Source of the DNA: a virus
Strand: one strand, 5' to 3'
Virus record (IMG/VR): IMGVR_UViG_3300027741_000029
Coordinates: 52,400 to 116,399 of that record
DNA: 64,000 bases
Of the stretch, positions 16,217 through 25,329 are shown piece by piece; the stretch's first letter is position 1; each line of letters starts with the position of its first letter. The translations under genes were made by a program, and so were the position numbers. A model generated the notes under the pieces. That model did no database searches, was not told the origin of the DNA, and worked only from the letters and a program-made list of their open reading frames with translations.

Positions 16217-16517
16217 TAACACGAAGTTCAGTGATGAATTTTATGAGCGATGGGAACATCTGATTTCAACAGTTGAGATTTCAGAAGTTCCCATGCGTTT
16301 TATAAAAGAAGTATGTGTAAAACTTGATACAGGTGAAACTCATAGTTTTGATATTGGATTAATGTTAAATCGTGGATATGATCCAGAAACACTTGAAGAA
16401 ATTGTTCAAGAATATCTGGATGCCCACGATGATTTAATTGATGTAGTAGACTTCCATCTTAACCTACCTGCAATTGCCGAAGAGGTTGAAGGTAGAACTA
16501 ACGAATTATTGGACTAA
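16209..16517 (+). CDS. acidic hypothetical protein
   Basis: Probable GTG start at 16209 overlapping the upstream stop; TAATG coupling to DHFR. Confidence 0.6.
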   Translation: MPNNTKFSDEFYERWEHLISTVEISEVPMRFIKEVCVKLDTGETHSFDIGLMLNRGYDPETLEEIVQEYLDAHDDLIDVVDFHLNLPAIAEEVEGRTNELLD

Positions 16518-17014
16518 TGATTAAAGCTATCTTTGCTGTGGATCGTAATGGCGGCTTGGGGCATGGCGGAACACTGCCATGGCCTCACGATAAACAAGAT
16601 ATGCAATGGTTCTCTTCTAATACTCGCAATCATATCGTTGTAATGGGCAGCAACACCTGGTTAGACCCAAAGATGCCCAAACCGCTACCAGATCGTCATT
16701 GTTGTGTTGTGACCAATCAACCTGTTGATAGTTTTCGTGATGCGCATACTATTATTCATGGAAACTATATTGAACAAAGTTTAGCAGTTATCAAAGCACA
16801 AAATTCCGATAAAGATATATGGATTATTGGTGGTGGTAAACTCATAAACAGCACCAAACACCTTTTCAAAGAAATATATCTTACAGTATTTGATGATGAT
16901 TATAATTGCGATGTAAGCATAGATGTGGTAGAATTACTACAGAATTTCCAAATGGATTGGGAAACCTACGGCAAAGATAAAGTATTTCAGGTGTGGAAAC
17001 GTGCAAAATTATAA
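16517..17014 (+). CDS. folA: dihydrofolate reductase
   Basis: IFAVDRNGGLG..GTLPWP, D-M-WF, VVMGSNTW, KPLPDR, WIIGGG. Confidence 0.95.
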   Translation: MIKAIFAVDRNGGLGHGGTLPWPHDKQDMQWFSSNTRNHIVVMGSNTWLDPKMPKPLPDRHCCVVTNQPVDSFRDAHTIIHGNYIEQSLAVIKAQNSDKDIWIIGGGKLINSTKHLFKEIYLTVFDDDYNCDVSIDVVELLQNFQMDWETYGKDKVFQVWKRAKL

Positions 17015-17885
17015 TGAATTATGTAAGAAAATTATTTTAACTGGACCACAAAGCATTGACAGAACCGGCGTTGGAACTGTCAGTTTATTTGGTGAACAGC
17101 TACGATTTAATCTACAAGAAGGATTTCCAGCAGTTACAACAAAGCGTCTTGCGTGGAAAAGTGTAGTTAGCGAACTGCTGTGGTTTATAGAAGGTAGTGG
17201 CGATGAACGACGATTGGCAGAGATATTACACGGCACGAGAGATGAAGCAAAGAAAACCATATGGACTGCAAATGCTCGTGCAAGCTATTGGCTTCCAAAG
17301 TCTCGTTATCCTGGCGATTTGGGTCGTGTATATGGTGTACAATGGCGTCATTGGCGTTATGTAGATGAGAATACTCCCCCATTTAAAGAAGGTGCATTAA
17401 AAAGAAACTATGACGAAGTTGATCAGTTAAAAGAATTAATTGATGGTTTGATTGCAGAACCTACTGGTCGCCGTCATATTTTAACAGCATGGAATCCCGG
17501 TGAACTAAAGGAAATGGCGCTACCACCTTGCCATATGTTTGCACAGTTTTATATTCGCAATAACATACTGTCTTGTCAAATGTATCAACGCAGTGCAGAT
17601 TTGTTTTTGGGTGTGCCATTTAACATTGCAAGTTATGCGCTACTCACGCACCTAGTTGCCAAAACTATCGGTGTACAAGTAGGTGAACTTATCTTAACAT
17701 TCGGTGATGTTCATATCTACAATAACCATGTTGAACAGGTTATGGAACAGTTACGTCGTGAACCATATCCTCTTCCATTTCTTGATTTAAGTGATGTCAA
17801 GGATATTTGGAGTGCACAAATGGAAGATATTCGTTTGATGAATTACCAACATCATCCAGCAATTGTAGCAGAAATGGCGGTCTAA
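17001..17885 (+). CDS. thyA: thymidylate synthase (ThyA type)
   Basis: DRTGVGT, TTKRLAW, ELLWF, GRRHIL, catalytic PPCH, YQRSADLFLGVPFNIASY (dUMP-specifying Asn retained), HIYNNH. Confidence 0.97.
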   Translation: MQNYNELCKKIILTGPQSIDRTGVGTVSLFGEQLRFNLQEGFPAVTTKRLAWKSVVSELLWFIEGSGDERRLAEILHGTRDEAKKTIWTANARASYWLPKSRYPGDLGRVYGVQWRHWRYVDENTPPFKEGALKRNYDEVDQLKELIDGLIAEPTGRRHILTAWNPGELKEMALPPCHMFAQFYIRNNILSCQMYQRSADLFLGVPFNIASYALLTHLVAKTIGVQVGELILTFGDVHIYNNHVEQVMEQLRREPYPLPFLDLSDVKDIWSAQMEDIRLMNYQHHPAIVAEMAV

Positions 17886-17886
17886 C

Positions 17887-18762
17887 ATGCACGTATTAGT
17901 TACAGGCGGCTTTGGTTTTATTGGGCATCATGTTGTAAAACGTTTAAAGGATGGTGGTCATCAGGTTACTATCATTGATGATTTGCGTTTTATCAACACT
18001 GAACTTTATATGGCACGTGGGCGATATATGGATTTTGCATATGATGATTGGATCAATGCAGACTGTACGAGCACTATTATTCAGGATGTAGACGTGATTG
18101 TTCACCTTGCTTGCCACCCCAATCAAGCATCCTTTGCCAGAGATGGCGTAGCAGCATGGAAGAACGCTATCCAAAGCACCTTACATATGCTGACTGCCTA
18201 CCCTAATGCAAAGATGGTGTATATTTCTAGCAGCATGGTTTATAGTGATTGGAGCGGTGTAATTGGTGAAGATGCGCCACTAAAACCTATCAATGATTAT
18301 GGCAAGGCTAAACAAGAATGTGAGCAATTAGTCAGGGTTATTGCTAAACGTTGGGTAATTATTCGTCCAACTGCTGTATATGGTAATCGTGATGATGGCA
18401 ATCGTGTTATCTCTAAATGGGTTAAAGCTGCAGCAAATCAAGAACCAATTCATGTAGATGATCCACATGCTACACTTGATTTTACCTACGTAGAAGACAC
18501 TGCACAGGCAATTGCCAATGCTGCAATGTTTGATACCAATAATTTAATTGCCAATGTAAGTTATGGTCAAGCAAGAACTCTGCAAGACGCAATTGATATT
18601 ATCAAAGGTTGGACCAACACACAGAGTGAAATCGTGTATGGTGATGGTATACCATTTAATATGCCAAGGCGTGGTGCTATGGATATTCGCCGTGCTGTGC
18701 AGTATCTTGGATACACACCAAAGGTTAGTCTAGAAGACGGTATACAGAAACTTATTAAATGA
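17887..18762 (+). CDS. NAD-dependent sugar-nucleotide epimerase/dehydratase (extended SDR)
   Basis: VLVTGGFGFIG, VHLA, YISSSMVY, YxxxK (YGKAK), IRPTAVYG, DFTYVED. Confidence 0.92.
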   Translation: MHVLVTGGFGFIGHHVVKRLKDGGHQVTIIDDLRFINTELYMARGRYMDFAYDDWINADCTSTIIQDVDVIVHLACHPNQASFARDGVAAWKNAIQSTLHMLTAYPNAKMVYISSSMVYSDWSGVIGEDAPLKPINDYGKAKQECEQLVRVIAKRWVIIRPTAVYGNRDDGNRVISKWVKAAANQEPIHVDDPHATLDFTYVEDTAQAIANAAMFDTNNLIANVSYGQARTLQDAIDIIKGWTNTQSEIVYGDGIPFNMPRRGAMDIRRAVQYLGYTPKVSLEDGIQKLIK

Positions 18763-19826
18763 ATATTCCATTTACAGATTTACAATCACAATATCAGGAA
18801 GCCAAGAGTAGCATTGATGCAGCGATTGCGCACACGATTGCTACCAACAGCTTTATCACTGGTCCTGATGTAATCAAGTTTGAAACTACCCTAGCTGAAT
18901 ATCTTGGTGTGCCAGCCGTTGCTAGCACAGGTAGTTGCACAACCGCCCTACAAGTGGCTCTTAAAGCATGTGATATAGGCATCGGTGACGAAGTTATAAC
19001 CACCAGCCATACATTTGTAAGTACCGTAGAGGCTATTGTTAATATTGGTGCCATACCTGTTATGATCGATATTGATGAATTTTATCAATTATCGCCTTAC
19101 GAGTTAAAGAAACATATTACTCCAAAAACAAAAGCCATACTTGCAATGGATGCGTATGGACAAAGCTGCGATATTCATGCTCTTCGCTATTATGCAGACG
19201 AGTATGGATTAAAACTTATCAATGATAGTGCACACAGTTTTGGTAGTGCTATTATGAATATTGCTGATCTTAACTGCTTCTCGTTTAATCCTATCAAGAA
19301 CTTTGGAGCAATGGGCGATGCTGGTGCGGTTGTGGGCAAACCTGAACTAATAGAACGTGCCAGAATGTTCCGTGATCACGGACGCAATACCAAGTTTGTG
19401 TTTGAAGAAATTGGATACAATGCTAGAATTGATAACTTACAAGCCAACATTCTTCTTGCTAAACTTCCATACTTGAAAGAATGGAATGAAGGTCGCAAAC
19501 GTGTTGCCGCAAGATATGATGTTGAATTAAACCATGTTGTGAAGACACCAAAGAAATCTGGATTAAGTGATCATGTTTATTATGTATATGTCATTGAAGT
19601 TGAAAACCGTGATGACTTTGCAGCATACTTAAAAGAATGCGGTATAGCAACCAATATCCATTATCCTATACCGTGTCATATGCAACCAGCATTTAGCAAG
19701 TATAACGCATCTCTGCCCAACTGTGAAAGTGCAAGCAAGCGTATCCTAAGTTTGCCATGCTATCATACGCTAACAGAAGCACAACAAGATTATATTATCG
19801 ACAAAATTTGGGAGTGGCAAGCATGA
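18759..19826 (+). CDS. DegT/DnrJ/EryC1/StrS-family PLP aminotransferase
   Basis: SCTTALQVAL, GDEVIT..HTFVST, INDSAHS, SFNPIKNFGAMGDAG (PLP Lys), GYNARIDNLQA, IHYPIPCH, ILSLPCY. Confidence 0.95.
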   Translation: MNIPFTDLQSQYQEAKSSIDAAIAHTIATNSFITGPDVIKFETTLAEYLGVPAVASTGSCTTALQVALKACDIGIGDEVITTSHTFVSTVEAIVNIGAIPVMIDIDEFYQLSPYELKKHITPKTKAILAMDAYGQSCDIHALRYYADEYGLKLINDSAHSFGSAIMNIADLNCFSFNPIKNFGAMGDAGAVVGKPELIERARMFRDHGRNTKFVFEEIGYNARIDNLQANILLAKLPYLKEWNEGRKRVAARYDVELNHVVKTPKKSGLSDHVYYVYVIEVENRDDFAAYLKECGIATNIHYPIPCHMQPAFSKYNASLPNCESASKRILSLPCYHTLTEAQQDYIIDKIWEWQA

Positions 19827-20698
19827 AGATTTGGTTAGTAGGTTCGGGTTATTGGGGAAGTAAGATTGCAACCAAGTTGGAAAAACTACAAATAGATTAC
19901 TCTATCATTGATATTAAAAATGGTCAAACGATAAATGACATTGACACTCTTGATCCTGTTATGTTGGCAACACCGCTATGGGATCACTATGAACAAGCAA
20001 AGTATCTTATTGATCGTGGACATGATGTTTATATTGAAAAACCAGCCGCTGAAAACTATGACCAAATAGCAGAACTTGTTAAACTGACAAAAGATAATAT
20101 TGTAATGGTTGGACACATTTATATGTATAATCCAATCCTACATAAACTCAAAGACCTTATTGATAGCGGTAGACTTGGCGAGGTTCAATTTGTTAATAGC
20201 GTTCGCACTAATCTTGGCATTTACCAAACTAAGACAACTCCGCTGCTAAGTTTAGCACCACATGATTTTACTATTGTAAGTTATCTGTTAGGCGATTTGC
20301 ATGTTCGTAGTGCACAAGGATTTAAGTACAGTCCTAACAGTCCATATCCTGACCGTGTGCTAGTTAATGGAACAAACTGGCATATTGATGTTAGTTGGCT
20401 GCATCCTGAACGCAAACGTGAGGTCACTGTTATCGGTGATAAGGCACAAGCAATATGGAATGATGACACAAGAACACTGCGTATATATGAGAACAATATT
20501 GTAGGTGCCAAACTCCATTTAAATGATCCAGATGAGTATTGGGATTTTAATAATTTACCAGACCCACTAGAAAATGAATTAGCACATTTTATTAATTGTG
20601 TTGAAACTCGTGCTACGCCAGATAGTGATTTAAAATATGCTAGAAAAATTGCAGATTATATTGATATTGCACACTTTTTATTGGACATCACCATATAA
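19823..20698 (+). CDS. Gfo/Idh/MocA-family oxidoreductase
   Basis: True start ATG 19823 (MKIWLVGSGYWG, ATGA overlap); ATP..DH, YIEKP, VMVGHIYMYNP, APHD. Confidence 0.9.
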   Translation: MKIWLVGSGYWGSKIATKLEKLQIDYSIIDIKNGQTINDIDTLDPVMLATPLWDHYEQAKYLIDRGHDVYIEKPAAENYDQIAELVKLTKDNIVMVGHIYMYNPILHKLKDLIDSGRLGEVQFVNSVRTNLGIYQTKTTPLLSLAPHDFTIVSYLLGDLHVRSAQGFKYSPNSPYPDRVLVNGTNWHIDVSWLHPERKREVTVIGDKAQAIWNDDTRTLRIYENNIVGAKLHLNDPDEYWDFNNLPDPLENELAHFINCVETRATPDSDLKYARKIADYIDIAHFLLDITI

Positions 20699-22231
20699 TT
20701 GAGTAAAGTGATTGCGCAACCATTCCCAACGAAATGTGTTGCGACGAATCTCTGGCGTATCCATGTTATCTTCATAGAAACGTACACCATCATTAGCACC
20801 ACGTAATGCCCATTCAGCATAATTACCATTAGCAATCGTGTGCCAAATATGTAATCTATATTGTGTTTCAACGTTTGGCATTGTATCTGTAAATTCACGA
20901 AGTTTGTGTGCTTCACGAAACGCTGTTCTCCAAGTATGATAAGGAGAAGCATTGAAAGAACCATAGCAAGAAACAATAGGCACAACTTCGTGATCAAAAC
21001 TCAAGGTATAATCAGTGCCAAACTCGCCAAATGGTGGAGCATTTAGCACCATATCCCGATTATATAATACGATTCCCATGTGACCATAACGCAAACCATT
21101 AACAGTGTTCTCACTATAAAATATATAGTGTTTGGGTTTTTGCCAATAGTCAGCACCAATGTCAAAATTAAATGTTGGATGAATTTCAGTCTTGGCAAAT
21201 ACAGCATAGAAGTACGGCGTATCAGATTTGCCTGCTGCTGCTTTAAGAGCATTTTCCATTCCGCTAACACCATGAACTCGTTTAGCACGTGGAAATTTTT
21301 CTACTAGTTTATACCAGTTGGCATCTGCTTCTGGTTCATCATAGGATATAAAAATAATATCATTGAGTGCATCAAACCCATATTGCGGATAACGTAGCAG
21401 ATGTGGGTATTCATATAGTTCATCTTTTACAATGCAATCTCGTGGCACAAGCGTGGTGCTATTGTTTTTATTGATGCTAATTACTGGTCTTTTATCCCAT
21501 AAGCAAACATCTGGATAATCAACAAATCCAGTATGCGAGTAAACAGTGTATATGGCATTTAATCTGTTAGTTAGATTAAGTTCTCTTGCCAAACTATCTT
21601 GTGTAATTTTAATATTTGGCCAACGTTTGCGTTTTATTGGCACATGATCAAAATTATAATTTTGTTCGCCTCTCTTATAAGCATCTGCATTTATTAAAAA
21701 GGTATCGCCCTTCTCACAGGTTCCACTTGGCCAACAATGGATATAGTTCATATCATGATTGCTAGGCAACCAACTAAAATCAAATCCATCATAATCACAG
21801 CAATCTGCTATAATCCATAACCAAGGTTTTGTGCATTTATTAACAGCAGAATCAATCGCTGCTTGCATGGTGGTTATTAAACGAACTTGAAAATCTACCG
21901 AATGTGTATTATCAAAACTATTAGTGTTTAACAAACATGTATCATAATATTTGTTATCACTTGCAGACAATATTTCATCGTGATGTACGGTTCCGTTATC
22001 ATTATCTACTGGTATCAACCATGTTGAATAATGTTGCGCATTGTTATGGCTTGGCCAAGCATGTTTATATTGTAACTGATGGCGGTTAGGCATCCAACGA
22101 AAATTAAACTTGCTATAATCTACATCACGATTAGCAAGCCATACATATTCTGTTTTGCTACATTGTTTTGCTTTCGCAATTAAAATTTCAATATCACCAT
22201 CACTATAATCATACCAAACTATATCAAACAT
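20678..22231 (-). CDS. multi-domain glycosyltransferase-like protein (GT-A-like C-terminal domain, repeated N-terminal modules)
   Basis: C-terminal IFISYDEPEADANW...KRVHGVSG...KAAA...W RTAFRE is paralogous to 33499-34437, but the DxD is replaced by VFAK. Two N-terminal repeats W(L)...D.DY..F.F.W.P......Y.H.WPS. Confidence 0.55.
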   Translation of the reverse strand: MFDIVWYDYSDGDIEILIAKAKQCSKTEYVWLANRDVDYSKFNFRWMPNRHQLQYKHAWPSHNNAQHYSTWLIPVDNDNGTVHHDEILSASDNKYYDTCLLNTNSFDNTHSVDFQVRLITTMQAAIDSAVNKCTKPWLWIIADCCDYDGFDFSWLPSNHDMNYIHCWPSGTCEKGDTFLINADAYKRGEQNYNFDHVPIKRKRWPNIKITQDSLARELNLTNRLNAIYTVYSHTGFVDYPDVCLWDKRPVISINKNNSTTLVPRDCIVKDELYEYPHLLRYPQYGFDALNDIIFISYDEPEADANWYKLVEKFPRAKRVHGVSGMENALKAAAGKSDTPYFYAVFAKTEIHPTFNFDIGADYWQKPKHYIFYSENTVNGLRYGHMGIVLYNRDMVLNAPPFGEFGTDYTLSFDHEVVPIVSCYGSFNASPYHTWRTAFREAHKLREFTDTMPNVETQYRLHIWHTIANGNYAEWALRGANDGVRFYEDNMDTPEIRRNTFRWEWLRNHFTQLYGDVQ

Positions 22232-23336
22232 GGCTATTATAACCAGGCATCAAATAATCAATTTGACGTTGTTCATGGTCTGCATCAGCCCAACTATAAT
22301 CATATATTGCCTTGATGCCATCCACTTCTATAGAATAGATATCAAGTTTATCACCCATAACATCCCAAATTTTGAAAATATCATGTGTTCCAAAACTGCG
22401 TTCTAAATCAATATGTCCAAGTTCAAGATAACCTAGACTTAGATTAGTATCTTGTGGATCATAACCTTCACGAACTAACCATTCATTAAATTTAACCACT
22501 TCTTCTCGTAGCCAAGGACTTAAATTCATCGTAACATCACGACCCCACTCAATATCAAACTCACCGCTATAATATTGTAAATGTGTGATAGCATCACAGG
22601 TTGCTTGGTCTAATACGGGAGCGCCTTCATCACGAAATACTTCCATAAGTGTTTTGCCAATCTGTGTCCAATGCATATAAACATGTGCAAACCTGCGATC
22701 ATGTCCATTTACAGTAAATCCTTCACGATGCTCTGCAGTTAGATTATAACGAGTAGCATTTAAAAAAGTAGTAATTTGAGATGGACGAATCCATTCAGGT
22801 TTAAATCTTTGCTTGCGTAAACTTAAACAAAGTGTTTCAATTTCATGACACAGATTGTTAACTTGCCTAATACTATATTTTACATTTGGAGGCGCAAGTT
22901 TATAGTACAAACTTAAATTTTCAACCGTGCCTTGTAAGTGTTCAAAATAATTATGGACTTCATTCATTACTTCGTGATTTGGTCCACCGCTACTAGGATC
23001 ATCTGTTAATGGTAGCATTACAGTTGCGGGTGTGTAGAAAGTTTTAATGTTTATACTATCTAATCCAGCCGATTGCCATACACCAATTTCGTTAAAGGTG
23101 TAAATTCTAAGTGTATGCTTGCGCAATTCTTTGCATAGATAATTAAGGTCACGTGCACCGTTTGGCCAACCATGCCAACAATAATTTTTTTCAAGTTCAC
23201 TATTTTTTTGTAATTCTAATTTAAGAGCAGTAACCCAATCACGTGCTAATCCAGTATCATTTGGTTTAATATAATATGTTAATTTTTCTTCTTTGCGCAT
23301 GGGATTGCGCAGCGTTACAGCAATTTCACTCATCAA
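22224..23336 (-). CDS. hypothetical protein within the radical SAM cluster
   Basis: 370 aa, overlaps both neighbours; no motif recognised. Confidence 0.7.
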   Translation of the reverse strand: MMSEIAVTLRNPMRKEEKLTYYIKPNDTGLARDWVTALKLELQKNSELEKNYCWHGWPNGARDLNYLCKELRKHTLRIYTFNEIGVWQSAGLDSINIKTFYTPATVMLPLTDDPSSGGPNHEVMNEVHNYFEHLQGTVENLSLYYKLAPPNVKYSIRQVNNLCHEIETLCLSLRKQRFKPEWIRPSQITTFLNATRYNLTAEHREGFTVNGHDRRFAHVYMHWTQIGKTLMEVFRDEGAPVLDQATCDAITHLQYYSGEFDIEWGRDVTMNLSPWLREEVVKFNEWLVREGYDPQDTNLSLGYLELGHIDLERSFGTHDIFKIWDVMGDKLDIYSIEVDGIKAIYDYSWADADHEQRQIDYLMPGYNSHV

Positions 23337-24648
23337 TATTTTTCCACCAATTCAAAACATCTCCAGTTAAGATGTCTTCCATTTTTATTTTAACATCTTT
23401 TCTTAGAGATTCCAATTTTAAAAGATGTGCTTTGCCTTTTATTGCCTCTTGTTTATAATTGTTAGGAAACTGCTCAGCAAACGTAGGGCGAGTTTTAAGA
23501 TGTTCTAACACATCCCAAAGACTTTGTGTACGACGAGTGATGAGCGGTTTAATACGCTCCTGTATGCCCTCTAGGAGTGGTTCTAGGACCGTTCTAGGCA
23601 GCGCAAGAGGGCTGAGTAGTATATCAGGAGAGAAAGCAAATACAACCTTGCTCAACAGTTCTACATTCAGTTCATCGGATAAATTGATAATGCTCTCAAG
23701 GTCGTAAAGACCAGGTAAAGTAAGAGTAAAATCAATACGCATTTGTCTAGGGGTTTTTGAAGATTCAATCCCCCGTCGAAAGCTATTATACCACTCGCTA
23801 TAATTAAGGCCAGTCCTAACATATTCGCCAATTGCTCCTGTTCCATCTAAACTTGCGCATATTTCCCAATGTGGGAAATTTTCAAGAAGTTCCCATAGGG
23901 TTCCTTCTTTATCCTGACAATAACTCAAGTTTGTATTATATCTTACACGAACTTGGTCAGCATAGTCAAGTTCTATTATTCGCCGCATGAATGTCCAATG
24001 CTCATCGTAGAGTAATGGTTCGCCACCTACCCAATAGATTTCACGCACACTTTTATTTTCAATAGCTTCACGAAACTCTGGTATTACTACATCACGAGTA
24101 AAGTCACGAATAGCATGACGGTTTTTAGGTTGCATCCAGTGATTTTTTGGGTTAGACAAATCAACCATATTGTTTTTACGAACTTCAACTTCCCATGCAC
24201 TACTCAACATATCGCCACACATACGGCACTTGAAGTTACATACATTGCTATAGCGATAGTCCCAAGAGATAGGTTCTAAGGTTGTGTAGCCATTGCTATC
24301 TGTAGAAGAAACAATGTCCCCTCGTAAATGCCCAAAGAGGTTCCCAAAATAATCACGATATACAGAAGTGTTAAGCAACTTTTTATCACATACTTCGCAA
24401 GCAGAAGGAACCACACCAGCCAACCACTGTTTTCTAATTTCTCTAATATGTTCGCCATTCCACCAATCTTTTAATGTAAGTGGCGTAAACTTACCATCGC
24501 CACCAGCAGTATCGATATACTGTTGAAAATTTTGTGCAGGTTCACGAGAAGCACAGCATAGGCGTCTTTCACCGACAGGAGAAATAAATGTGTGCGTAAA
24601 TGGGGCTAGGCAGAAGTCCATAAATTGTTCTTTATTATTTTCTGTCAT
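23326..24648 (-). CDS. radical SAM protein with N-terminal Cys (twitch/SPASM-like) cluster
   Basis: CxxxCxxC = CNFKCRMC, GGEP, YNTN, SLDG; N-terminal FC.APF...LCC...CEVC. Confidence 0.93.
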   Translation of the reverse strand: MTENNKEQFMDFCLAPFTHTFISPVGERRLCCASREPAQNFQQYIDTAGGDGKFTPLTLKDWWNGEHIREIRKQWLAGVVPSACEVCDKKLLNTSVYRDYFGNLFGHLRGDIVSSTDSNGYTTLEPISWDYRYSNVCNFKCRMCGDMLSSAWEVEVRKNNMVDLSNPKNHWMQPKNRHAIRDFTRDVVIPEFREAIENKSVREIYWVGGEPLLYDEHWTFMRRIIELDYADQVRVRYNTNLSYCQDKEGTLWELLENFPHWEICASLDGTGAIGEYVRTGLNYSEWYNSFRRGIESSKTPRQMRIDFTLTLPGLYDLESIINLSDELNVELLSKVVFAFSPDILLSPLALPRTVLEPLLEGIQERIKPLITRRTQSLWDVLEHLKTRPTFAEQFPNNYKQEAIKGKAHLLKLESLRKDVKIKMEDILTGDVLNWWKNIDE

Positions 24649-24649
24649 T

Positions 24650-25329
24650 ATTTGCCTAAATAATAGTGTAGGCCACGGACTGCAATCCCGCCTACTCTAT
24701 GTTGAAAAGGAACACAGCAATGGTATTTAATACCCAACAATTCCCACAAAATTATTATGTCTATGCGTTTTTACGAGAAACTGATTTAACTCCATATTAT
24801 ATTGGCAAAGGCATTGGTAAAAGAGCATTTGCAACACACGGCAGAAGAGTTTCTGCCCCCAAAGACAAAAATAGAATAATAATATTATATCAAAATCTTA
24901 CAGAAAATCAAGCATATAATATAGAAATATTGTTGATTGATTTTTATGGACGAGAAGACCTTGGGACTGGTCGTTTATTAAACATGACAAGTGGGGGCGA
25001 TGGTAGAAGTAAAATTATTGTCAAGGAAGAAACAAGAGAAAAACTCAGCAATGCGAGCAAAGGAAAAAATAATCCAATGTTTGGAAAAACTGCATGGAAT
25101 AGAGGACAGACAAAAGAAACTAATCAAAAATTAGCAGAGATTGGAAATAAATTGAAGGGGCATAAAGCATGGAATGTTGGAGTTCCACACACCGATGAGG
25201 CAAAAAATAAAATGTCAATTTCCAGAAAGGGTAGAAAATTATCAGAAGAACACAAAAGAAAGTTAAGTGAAAGCAAACGAGGAGATAAAAATCCAAACTT
25301 TGGAAAAATACCGTGGAATAAAAAATAAA
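24650..25329 (+). mobile_element. free-standing homing endonuclease cassette flanked by a TCATT direct repeat
   Basis: TCATT at 24645-24649 and 25330-25334. Removing one copy plus the insert restores an ATGA stop/start overlap of the two flanking radical SAM genes. Confidence 0.7.
24720..25328 (+). CDS. GIY-YIG homing endonuclease with NUMOD3-type DNA-binding repeats
   Basis: YYVYAFLRE...PYYIGKG...R, E..LI..YGR, LLNMTSGGDG; NUMOD3-like SEEHKRKLSES and GKNNPMFGK/KNPNFGK. AAGGAA RBS before ATG 24720 (alternative ATG 24699). Confidence 0.9.
   Translation: MVFNTQQFPQNYYVYAFLRETDLTPYYIGKGIGKRAFATHGRRVSAPKDKNRIIILYQNLTENQAYNIEILLIDFYGREDLGTGRLLNMTSGGDGRSKIIVKEETREKLSNASKGKNNPMFGKTAWNRGQTKETNQKLAEIGNKLKGHKAWNVGVPHTDEAKNKMSISRKGRKLSEEHKRKLSESKRGDKNPNFGKIPWNKK

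Noticed and set aside
17001-17885. dCMP hydroxymethylase / direct evidence of base hypermodification
   Set aside because: The protein keeps the canonical ThyA PFNIASY Asn and PPCH and is paired with DHFR; it is an ordinary thymidylate synthase.
24650-25329. Group I intron
   Set aside because: The endonuclease is intergenic and antisense, both flanking genes are complete, and no P/Q/R/S core was recognised.
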